Positions 17,702 through 25,432 of a DNA stretch of 50,165 bases are shown here, piece after piece (positions within the stretch are counted from its first letter, which is position 1; every line of letters starts with the position of its first letter). The notes under the pieces are model-generated. The model did no database searches. It saw only the letters and a list, made by a program, of their open reading frames with translations, and was not told where the DNA came from. The DNA is taken from NCBI GenBank assembly GCA_964352905.1, contig CAYGTS010000001.1:1-50165 (forward strand), read 5' to 3'. Origin of the DNA: an uncultured Legionellales bacterium. GTDB lineage: Bacteria; Pseudomonadota; Gammaproteobacteria; JAHCLG01. A program made the position numbers and the translations under genes.

Positions 17702-18922
17702 ATGAAGCAAATAACCACTGATTTTGTCATTGTTGGCGCCGGCATTGTTGGCATAACCATAGCGCTAGAATTACACAAACAACATCCCCAAGCCCGAATT
17801 GATGTCTTTGAAAAAGAAGCACAAATCGGTTTGCACGCGAGTGGCAGAAACTCTGGTGTATTACACTCTGGGATTTATTATAAGGAAGGCTCACTTAAAG
17901 CGAAAGTTTGCGCAATGGGTGCTAAACGCATGCGCGATTATTGCCTAGAAAATAATTTGCCGATCAATCGCACCGGCAAGGTGATTCTACCGTTACAACC
18001 CTCTGATGATCATTTAATTGATTTACTATATCAACGCGCACTGGCAAATCAGGCTAAGGTTGAAATCGTTGATGAAAAACAATTGAAAGAATTAGAGCCT
18101 GATGTTGCGATTGTTACTGGTCGAGCCTTGTATTCGCCTGATACTGCGGTTATTGATTCAAAAATAGTATTAGAACATTTATATCAACAAATCAAAAGCA
18201 AAGGCGTTCATGTTCATTTTAATGCGCGAATAGAAAAAATAGATAGCGATAATAACACGTTAACTTTCCACGATCAGCAATATCGCTTTCAACATTTATT
18301 TAATACAGCAGGGCTCTATGCTGATCAAGTTGCTAAAGCGTTTGATATTGCAAAACATTATACAATGCTACCTTTTAAAGGCATTTATTATAAGTTAAAT
18401 CCAGCCTCCAATATTAAAGTTAATCATCTGATTTATCCGGTACCGGATTTGAATGTGCCTTTTTTAGGTGTGCATTTTACTAAAACCATTCATGGTGATG
18501 TCATTTTAGGACCCACTGCGGTGCCCGCTTGGGGACGGGAGAATTATTCTAAACTTAAAGGTGTTAAACTTGAAGAAACCATGGCTATTGTTAAAAATTT
18601 ACTGCAACAATATGTTATAAATAACCAAGGGTTTAGGCAGTTTGCACATAATGAAGCGGGACGCTATTTTAAATCACGCTTTGCCAAAGCAGCGGCGGCC
18701 TTAACACCCAAAATTACTAACAACGATTTACTAAAATGTGACAAAGTGGGTATTAGAGCGCAGTTGCTCGATACCAAAAAACGTGAATTAATCATGGATT
18801 TTTTAGTGGAATCTACGGGTCATTCTACACATATATTAAACGCTGTTTCACCGGCTTTTACGTGCTCTTTAGCGTTTGCGGAAATGATTGTTAAGCAGGT
18901 TAATCTTTTGATTACCACTTAA
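17702..18922 (+). CDS. lhgO: FAD-dependent L-2-hydroxyglutarate oxidase/dehydrogenase (LhgO/YgaF-like)
   Basis: The 406-aa ORF contains DFVIVGAGIVGITIA and GRNSGVLHSGIYYKEGSLKAK. These are colinear with E. coli LhgO (DFVIIGGGIIGMSTA, GHNSGVIHAGVYYTPGSLKAQ). Confidence 0.8.
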   Translation: MKQITTDFVIVGAGIVGITIALELHKQHPQARIDVFEKEAQIGLHASGRNSGVLHSGIYYKEGSLKAKVCAMGAKRMRDYCLENNLPINRTGKVILPLQPSDDHLIDLLYQRALANQAKVEIVDEKQLKELEPDVAIVTGRALYSPDTAVIDSKIVLEHLYQQIKSKGVHVHFNARIEKIDSDNNTLTFHDQQYRFQHLFNTAGLYADQVAKAFDIAKHYTMLPFKGIYYKLNPASNIKVNHLIYPVPDLNVPFLGVHFTKTIHGDVILGPTAVPAWGRENYSKLKGVKLEETMAIVKNLLQQYVINNQGFRQFAHNEAGRYFKSRFAKAAAALTPKITNNDLLKCDKVGIRAQLLDTKKRELIMDFLVESTGHSTHILNAVSPAFTCSLAFAEMIVKQVNLLITT

Positions 18923-18932
18923 CATGTCGAAG

Positions 18933-20012
18933 TTACCTATAATATTCAATAACCTCTTCAGCAATTTTTATTGGATCATGCCATTTTAAAACAAACTGTT
19001 TGGCTAATTGCCCTTGCTGAATTAACTGTTCACGATGCTTAATAATGTGCCGTAATTTTTCTTTTAGTGTAAAAGGATTAATATTATAAAAAGGTAAATC
19101 TTTAGCGAACTCATCGGGTACATAATTTAAATGCGCAGGATTAATAAAAACAGCAGCCGGTATCCCCATTTTCATGACTTCAACGGCAACTGCGCCATAC
19201 CAACCTATAAAAATTTGATCGATCAATAAATCTGCTTTTTGATATGCTTGCAACGCTTCACTATGCGACATATTTTCAATTAGATTAAACTTGATCTTAT
19301 TAGGAAATTCCTGCTGTAACTCATCGATGATTTTTAAAATTATATCAGTCCCTTTCGTAACGCGCTGTGTTGGCGCATGCACAATATTAATTTTATCATT
19401 TTTGAAAAAAGGCTCTTGTTTAGTTTCTATATCAAAATAATTAGCAATGGTGTAAGGTAAAAAAGAAGTTTTTTCTTTGGGCAAAAACTGTATTAAATCT
19501 GGGTTTAAAGCAAAGACATGATCAGCATATTGAGCCATTTTATCAATTGCTTTTTGCCGCTGCTTATCTTTTTTGCCTGAGTTACACATACCATTGTAGC
19601 AGCCCTCTCTTTGGCAAGCTGCTATTTGAATTTCTGATTTTTTTAATAGTTCAAGCGTTGGATATTTTTGTCGCGCATCGCAACCTTGATAACAAAATAT
19701 TTTTTTCGCATTGGCATCATAAAAAGGTAAATCCGCTAAATTTAAACCTAATTGTGGCGCATGCAGGATAGTTGATCCAAAATTAAAATGATAAACATCA
19801 TAGCCTTTGCGGTATTTTAAAAATGCTTTGGCTCTGTAAAATAGCTGCGCTAATAAATGACGATCGCTGAGATCAATTTTTATATCTGCGTCATAAGCAA
19901 ATCTTGAGCAATTGAAGGTTAAGACTTTAGAGTCAAGTCCCAACTTTCGTTCAGCTATGGCAAGACTGTAAGCATTGCCACCAACACTTGAAGGTAAATG
20001 CAATATTTTCAT
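18933..20012 (-). CDS. Atypical GT-B-like putative glycosyltransferase, family member 1
   Basis: It is a paralogue of 28052..29137 (VHAPTQRVTKGT, ADLLIDQIFIGWYGAVAVEVMKMGIP) and has a Cys-rich insert, ACQREGCYNGMC. An ATGA overlap links it to the upstream gene. Confidence 0.55.
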   Translation of the reverse strand: MKILHLPSSVGGNAYSLAIAERKLGLDSKVLTFNCSRFAYDADIKIDLSDRHLLAQLFYRAKAFLKYRKGYDVYHFNFGSTILHAPQLGLNLADLPFYDANAKKIFCYQGCDARQKYPTLELLKKSEIQIAACQREGCYNGMCNSGKKDKQRQKAIDKMAQYADHVFALNPDLIQFLPKEKTSFLPYTIANYFDIETKQEPFFKNDKINIVHAPTQRVTKGTDIILKIIDELQQEFPNKIKFNLIENMSHSEALQAYQKADLLIDQIFIGWYGAVAVEVMKMGIPAAVFINPAHLNYVPDEFAKDLPFYNINPFTLKEKLRHIIKHREQLIQQGQLAKQFVLKWHDPIKIAEEVIEYYR

Positions 20013-21349
20013 GTTACCTCATTCTGTAGGTTTTGATTGGGTAATACGGTTTTGTCCTGATTATTCTTTATACGAGAATCAAATAATGGATGATAATAAT
20101 TAATCAAGTCAATTTCTTGTTGCCACCAAATTTTTTGATAAATTGCTTCAAACATAGCAGCGCAAGCGTTAAATGAATGACGGTTCTCTGCAAATTGTCG
20201 CGATTTTTTGCCTATATGGGGCCATTCTTTACGATGTTCAATTAATGTTTTTAAAGTATCGTAAATTGTTTGAGTTGATGATCCAATAATAGGACATTCA
20301 TTGAGATAAGAATATTGACGAAACAAATGGTATTCTGGCGTATCATGAATACCGCTAATAACAATTTTACCAAAGCCTAAACCTTCTAATGCAGCTAGGG
20401 CATAGCCAAAAATTAATTGATCAACAAAAATATCAGCTTTAGCAATTCTCGTTAACGCTTCCGTATTGGGTACTTTTTCAATGATATCTAAATAAATATC
20501 ATGCCCTTGCTGCTGTAAACGTGTCACTGCTTCAACTAAATATTCTGATCCTTTAACACCGCGATGATTAGGGGCATGTGCAATACGAATTTGCCCTGAT
20601 GTGCTCGGATATTGTGGCAATATTTTACTTAAATCCACTGGGTAACAGGTTAAAGGTAAGATATCCCAACGCGGTAAATTGATATGATGAACTAAGCAAC
20701 CGACAACAACATCAGCATGCTTCGTTAAACGCCTAATACGCCTTTGAATTTTCGCGGCGTTATCCGCATGCATGGGATAATTTGTTAAGAGTGCATGCCG
20801 CCAAATAGGATTAGGTATTAAGTCATAAACAAAGGCATCACTACCATAAGGCATGACGATTAATTTTTTTCTCACTAGCTTCAAAATATACGTTTCACAA
20901 TTGGCTAATAAAGTTCGTCGCAAAAGGCCATTGTCGAAATAATAGTGAAAAATATCGTATTTAAATAATGCTAAGCTAAAAAACCAATAAGCTTTTAAAT
21001 TCCCAAGCATCCAATTAATAAAGCGCCCCGCATTGGTCTGACTGATTAGGGTATAGTCAAAATCATTTTTTTGCACTATCGATGAAACATCCACCACCGC
21101 AGTATGACTCACATAGCCTTTAGCGGCTAAGGATTGCGCCATATACGCTAATGACTTGATCGGTGTTGAGGCCCAGAGTAATTTTGGTTTGTCTTTTTTT
21201 GAACTAGTTAACAGAGTCAACGGGATAGCGATAGCTAGCATGATAATGCCAAACGGTAAAACCGGTAAATCTGTCGCAATACGAGCAAATTTTATTACTC
21301 TAGTTTTTTTAAAAAATTTGATTCGCTTCATTGATAATTTTACTCGCAT
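20009..21349 (-). CDS. Atypical GT-B-like putative glycosyltransferase, family member 2 (N-terminal TM anchor)
   Basis: It is colinear with the N-terminal 430 aa of the 32727..34823 product (KYDIFHYYFDNG, IAHAPNHRGVKGS, LDIIEKVPNTEA, ADIFVDQLIFGY). The likely start is the ATG at 21349, because the track start is a TTG one codon upstream. Confidence 0.55.
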   Translation of the reverse strand: MRVKLSMKRIKFFKKTRVIKFARIATDLPVLPFGIIMLAIAIPLTLLTSSKKDKPKLLWASTPIKSLAYMAQSLAAKGYVSHTAVVDVSSIVQKNDFDYTLISQTNAGRFINWMLGNLKAYWFFSLALFKYDIFHYYFDNGLLRRTLLANCETYILKLVRKKLIVMPYGSDAFVYDLIPNPIWRHALLTNYPMHADNAAKIQRRIRRLTKHADVVVGCLVHHINLPRWDILPLTCYPVDLSKILPQYPSTSGQIRIAHAPNHRGVKGSEYLVEAVTRLQQQGHDIYLDIIEKVPNTEALTRIAKADIFVDQLIFGYALAALEGLGFGKIVISGIHDTPEYHLFRQYSYLNECPIIGSSTQTIYDTLKTLIEHRKEWPHIGKKSRQFAENRHSFNACAAMFEAIYQKIWWQQEIDLINYYHPLFDSRIKNNQDKTVLPNQNLQNEVT

Positions 21350-22806
21350 CAATTGCCATTTTGTTTAACCCAATACTCTGGAATATTGGGATGTAATTTT
21401 TTTGCGTAGCTAAGCAAGGTTCTATCTTTCATAATATTGGCTAACGATTGTAGATTTGACCACATTAACCACTTATAAACAGCTGGCATATCCTCAATAT
21501 ATTTTGAGAAATATAATTTACCATCTTTCTCTTCATAAAATGGCATCTGAGCTGTTAAACTTATTGCTTGTTGAATGAACGCATGTAATAACCTACTATC
21601 ACCTAGTAATCTAGCGGTATTGTATAAATGCGTTAACGCAATAAATTCTCCATCGAGTATCTCTACATTTGGTAACGGCGGTGTGTTATACACATACTCT
21701 GCTGGCAGTTTAAAACCAGAAATTTCATACATGCTCCCACCTTTTATAATGGGGATAAGAATATAATTAGCCGCTTTTTCAGCCAATATTTTATATTTTT
21801 CATCATGCGTATATTGATACATGATTGCCGCTGATTCAGCAAACACAGCATTATCATACGAGCTATACCAAGGTGCATCTAATTTAATACCCCAGTTTAG
21901 CATCCACGGCATGTTATACGGCCATGAATAAGCATTTTTTCCTGTCTTTTGCATCTCTTTAAAAACATAATTTTCGAAAAAAATTTTTGCAGCATCGAGA
22001 ATTTCATTGCTTTTTTCTTTAGTCACATTTTCTTCCATGCTATAAATTAATAAACTATATAGGGTATTAGCAGCAACAACAGGGTGTACCCCATGCTGCA
22101 AACCACCATTTAATTTTCTTACATAACTTGCTGGATCTTTTAATATGGCAATATCTTGATCAATTTTATTTTGGTCAAGTGGTAACTGTATTGGATATAA
22201 TATTATGCCATTAAAACTTATCGTCGTCGTTTTTTTAAGACGATTAATATCATTAGCAGACCAAAGTTGATTTCCTGTCGGGGTTGTTTCACCAATAATA
22301 GTTGATAGCAACGTATAACCTGTTGCATTTGCTGTTTCACTGTATACTTTTACAAATAAAACACCCACACCAAAATCATAAAGTTTATTATCTAATAAAA
22401 TAAGTTTATTACTTGGATAAATTCCTACTAATCCAGGCCTACCATGTGAAGAAGTTTGCCAAATTAAAAGATATTTATGGTTAACAAGTTTTGGTATATA
22501 AATCATTGCTGTTTGATTTTTTGCAAATAGATGTTTAGTATAAATTACTTCTAAACCCTTACGATCTGCCATGTAAGGGCGTAACAAATGATGATTTAAA
22601 TGTTCAACATAGGCTGGGATCCCCAAGGAATTATTTTTGTCTAGCGTAACTAGCGGCAAAGTAGGAACTTGTTCTGGTTCATTTGCTACAAAAGTTTTTT
22701 TATCTTCTTTCAATAATAGTCTTGTAATGGTAAAAAAATTAAATACTGTAATTAAAATTAATATAAGAAAAGAAAAAATAGCTATTTTAGTTTTAAAAAA
22801 TCTCAT
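21349..22806 (-). CDS. Membrane-anchored protein with a D-glucuronyl C5-epimerase-like C-terminal domain
   Basis: It has an N-terminal TM segment (IAIFSFLILILITVFNFF). PWYSSYDNAVFAESAAIMYQYTHDEKY ... GG ... EY ... ILDGEFIALTHLYN resembles the C5-epimerase C-terminal signature (W.S.M.QG.AIS.L.RAY..T.D.KY ... VLNG.I.AL.GLYD). A GGAGG sits 9 nt upstream of the ATG. Confidence 0.45.
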   Translation of the reverse strand: MRFFKTKIAIFSFLILILITVFNFFTITRLLLKEDKKTFVANEPEQVPTLPLVTLDKNNSLGIPAYVEHLNHHLLRPYMADRKGLEVIYTKHLFAKNQTAMIYIPKLVNHKYLLIWQTSSHGRPGLVGIYPSNKLILLDNKLYDFGVGVLFVKVYSETANATGYTLLSTIIGETTPTGNQLWSANDINRLKKTTTISFNGIILYPIQLPLDQNKIDQDIAILKDPASYVRKLNGGLQHGVHPVVAANTLYSLLIYSMEENVTKEKSNEILDAAKIFFENYVFKEMQKTGKNAYSWPYNMPWMLNWGIKLDAPWYSSYDNAVFAESAAIMYQYTHDEKYKILAEKAANYILIPIIKGGSMYEISGFKLPAEYVYNTPPLPNVEILDGEFIALTHLYNTARLLGDSRLLHAFIQQAISLTAQMPFYEEKDGKLYFSKYIEDMPAVYKWLMWSNLQSLANIMKDRTLLSYAKKLHPNIPEYWVKQNGN

Positions 22807-22807
22807 A

Positions 22808-23542
22808 CTATACGACCTCCTTAATCCTTTCTTGTGTTGAAAATAATTCTAATGCTCTATTAAGCGAAACGCTTTTTTGATTATTTTTTTCCATCAAGTC
22901 TAAAAGATCGAGAAAAAATTCACGTGCCCCATAACCCTGCATTGCATTTTTAAAAGGCGATTGCTTTTCAATAATAATTTTGTGTTTTACCTCTTGATAG
23001 CTTTCATATGATGTTGTATTGATCGCCACATGTAGCGGATGAAAATCAAACACATACAAATGTTCTGGATCTTGAATTGCCCTCTCTAGAATTTTTTTAT
23101 CAAATGGCTGATGATTTAGCGTGGGCCAATTTGTTTTCATACACATATCCATGTTATCCATATAATAGATTGGCAACTCCCAAATACCCCAAGGATGTCT
23201 ATAAGGAGTCAACCCTGTTTCAAATAAGTGTGTAGCCATGCTAGCATATTTTATATTGAGATCGTTTAAATAGATACCTACCATATGTGAAAAAACACAG
23301 GAATGTATTCTAACACCATTTGCATTAATTTTTAGTGCTTCTACAAAATCTAGATAATCCACTTTAAAATTCTCTAAATTATGAACTGTAGGATGAGGTT
23401 CCACTTCATGATATTTAAAATCAACGCCTAAAAAGGGCTTCCAAAGAAAGAAAGTTGCTTCACCAGGAATATCATAGGTTGAAAGAAATGTTTCTAACCA
23501 TTCATTGGTCATGTGATCTGTATCAAAACTCAGACAAATCAT
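22808..23542 (-). CDS. Putative polysaccharide deacetylase-like (CE4/NodB-superfamily) protein
   Basis: The 244-aa ORF contains LSFDTDH, ATFFLW and DFHPLHV, which resemble divergent deacetylase motifs. The assignment is weak. Confidence 0.4.
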   Translation of the reverse strand: MICLSFDTDHMTNEWLETFLSTYDIPGEATFFLWKPFLGVDFKYHEVEPHPTVHNLENFKVDYLDFVEALKINANGVRIHSCVFSHMVGIYLNDLNIKYASMATHLFETGLTPYRHPWGIWELPIYYMDNMDMCMKTNWPTLNHQPFDKKILERAIQDPEHLYVFDFHPLHVAINTTSYESYQEVKHKIIIEKQSPFKNAMQGYGAREFFLDLLDLMEKNNQKSVSLNRALELFSTQERIKEVV

Positions 23543-24486
23543 TTTATTATCTCCATCATTTTGTTAGATATTTGTTTATTAAATTTTTTATTGTGAAAAT
23601 AAAGTAGTTCTTTTTCTAGTATCGGTTTGTTGTTCATGACAATTGATTGAATTGAAATTACATCGTCAGCTGTGCCAATAAAAATAGTGTTATCAATAAT
23701 CTTGATCTGGCCAGCTTGCATGTTTTTCACATTTTTAGCCGGTATACAAGGGCCTAAAATTTCAATTTCTGTCTCCCCTAATTGTGTTCGTGCACTAGGA
23801 TGTGGGGGATTGGTTAAGCAGTTAATAAAATTAATTACTGCTTCACTACTCTCTTCCCACTTGATCCAACGGTTTTGCGGAAAAACCATCGAGTGATATG
23901 TTGCTACTGTTTCTTGTTGTGCAATGGCGTGATATTTTTTTGAAACTTTATATTCATCCCAAAACTCCATAAACAATTGTGCCCCTAAGTCAACACACAC
24001 ATCGTAGGCTTGTTTTGCAGTCATCTTACTCGCTAATTTTTGCTGTTTTTTTGCAACAATGGGCCCAGCATCTAAGGCTTTTACAACTTCATGCAGTGTT
24101 GCTGTCAAATATTCTTCACGATTATAAAGTGTCCAAATGACAGGCAAACAACCCCTATTTTTAGGCAAATCTGCAAAGTGAATATTTAAAACATGCGGCA
24201 CTAGGTTAATAAAACATTCAGGAATAATCCTAGAATAAGAGCATGATAAGGCTAAAGTTGGGTTAAATTTCTCAATAAACTCTAATTCATTTTTTAGCAA
24301 AGTGGGTTGGATATAATTAATCTTCGTATTTTTTATATGATCATGTAAGGAAATACCAGAACCATCATTACCATGATCTTGTGGATTTAAAACCACCAGT
24401 AATTCAATGCTTTCTTGCGCTGTAAGAAAGTCTAGTATATTTTTTGCTAACGCCCTGTTGCCTAATAATATCACTCTATGTTTCAT
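23539..24486 (-). CDS. Formyltransferase (Fmt/ArnA-N-like), probable sugar N-formyltransferase
   Basis: LNIHFADLPKNRGCLPVIW has the canonical N-x-H plus the LP..RG motif, and ALDAGPIV supplies the Asp. I placed the start at the ATG at 24486 (MKHRVILLGN). Confidence 0.8.
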   Translation of the reverse strand: MKHRVILLGNRALAKNILDFLTAQESIELLVVLNPQDHGNDGSGISLHDHIKNTKINYIQPTLLKNELEFIEKFNPTLALSCSYSRIIPECFINLVPHVLNIHFADLPKNRGCLPVIWTLYNREEYLTATLHEVVKALDAGPIVAKKQQKLASKMTAKQAYDVCVDLGAQLFMEFWDEYKVSKKYHAIAQQETVATYHSMVFPQNRWIKWEESSEAVINFINCLTNPPHPSARTQLGETEIEILGPCIPAKNVKNMQAGQIKIIDNTIFIGTADDVISIQSIVMNNKPILEKELLYFHNKKFNKQISNKMMEIIK

Positions 24487-25393
24487 AGCTAACCATGTTC
24501 TCAATAATTTCATAATCAGTTATTAATAGTAATCCGCCTAAACAATTAATAACTAAATCATCATTAAAGTATTCTACAATTTCACCATAAGCCTTATCAG
24601 CATAAGTCAATCGTGTATCAAACGGTACGGCTTCCCAAATAATTCTTTTTTTACCTTCTATGATATCAAATGCACCAGGATAGGGGTGTGTTGTTGCGCG
24701 AATTAAATTATAAATTTCGATAATATCCATCTTTTGCCAATCTATTTCCCCATCTTCAATATTACGTTTTGGGTAATAACTAGGCTTTCCTTGTTGCTTT
24801 ATAAATTTAAGATCTCCGGAACATATTTTTTTTAAATTATTTAATAACATTTTTTTGGTGGCAATAGCCACTTTATAATATAAAGTCCTGATATTATCAT
24901 AGTCATTAATATCGAAATCTTGAAAACTAAATACATCACCATCATCCATACCAGGTGTCATTAAAAATAATTGTAAAATAAATCTTTTCTGTTTTGTAAT
25001 AATTGACCAGTTGAGAGGAGATCGTCCTCGTCCTTTGGGTAAAAAATTAGCGCTACCATGGCTGCCAATAGCTCCAATTGATAAAGTCTTTAAGATTTGT
25101 TCAGGGAATAAGCGCTGCCATCCACCTTGAATAAGTAAATCAAATTTTTGCTGTGAAAAAAAGGCAATATCTTCACTTGCCTCCAAACTATATTTTTTGG
25201 GAATATAAAGAGGTATGTTATGTTTTTTAGCTAATGCGTGAAAATCATAGTAGCCTGATATTTTATTTGTTTCTCCTTGCTCAGGTGTCAAGCACACAAA
25301 ATATGAAAACTCCACACCACTGTTTATTAGCGCTGGGATTAAAAACGAACCAAATTCATGGCAACCACACATTACTATTTTTTTGTTTAACAT
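24476..25393 (-). CDS. Formyltransferase-like protein with a non-canonical active-site motif
   Basis: The motif is IGSHGSANFLPKGRGRSPLNW, and GMDDGDV follows. His and Asp are present. The Asn two residues before the His is Gly, and there is a 2-residue insertion. I placed the start at the ATG at 25393 (MLNKKIVMCG) with a GAGGA upstream. The track start is a GTG. Confidence 0.6.
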   Translation of the reverse strand: MLNKKIVMCGCHEFGSFLIPALINSGVEFSYFVCLTPEQGETNKISGYYDFHALAKKHNIPLYIPKKYSLEASEDIAFFSQQKFDLLIQGGWQRLFPEQILKTLSIGAIGSHGSANFLPKGRGRSPLNWSIITKQKRFILQLFLMTPGMDDGDVFSFQDFDINDYDNIRTLYYKVAIATKKMLLNNLKKICSGDLKFIKQQGKPSYYPKRNIEDGEIDWQKMDIIEIYNLIRATTHPYPGAFDIIEGKKRIIWEAVPFDTRLTYADKAYGEIVEYFNDDLVINCLGGLLLITDYEIIENMVSYET

Positions 25394-25432
25394 TTCTTCC
25401 TCAAAAATATAATTATCGCCTTTCACGTAATA

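Noticed and set aside
24476-24513. 38-nt overlap between the two formyltransferase ORFs, which could indicate a frameshifted fusion or a pseudogene
   Set aside because: The downstream gene has an internal ATG at 24486 giving a typical N-terminus (MKHRVILLGN). That reduces the overlap to 11 nt, which is normal translational coupling. Both ORFs are full length.
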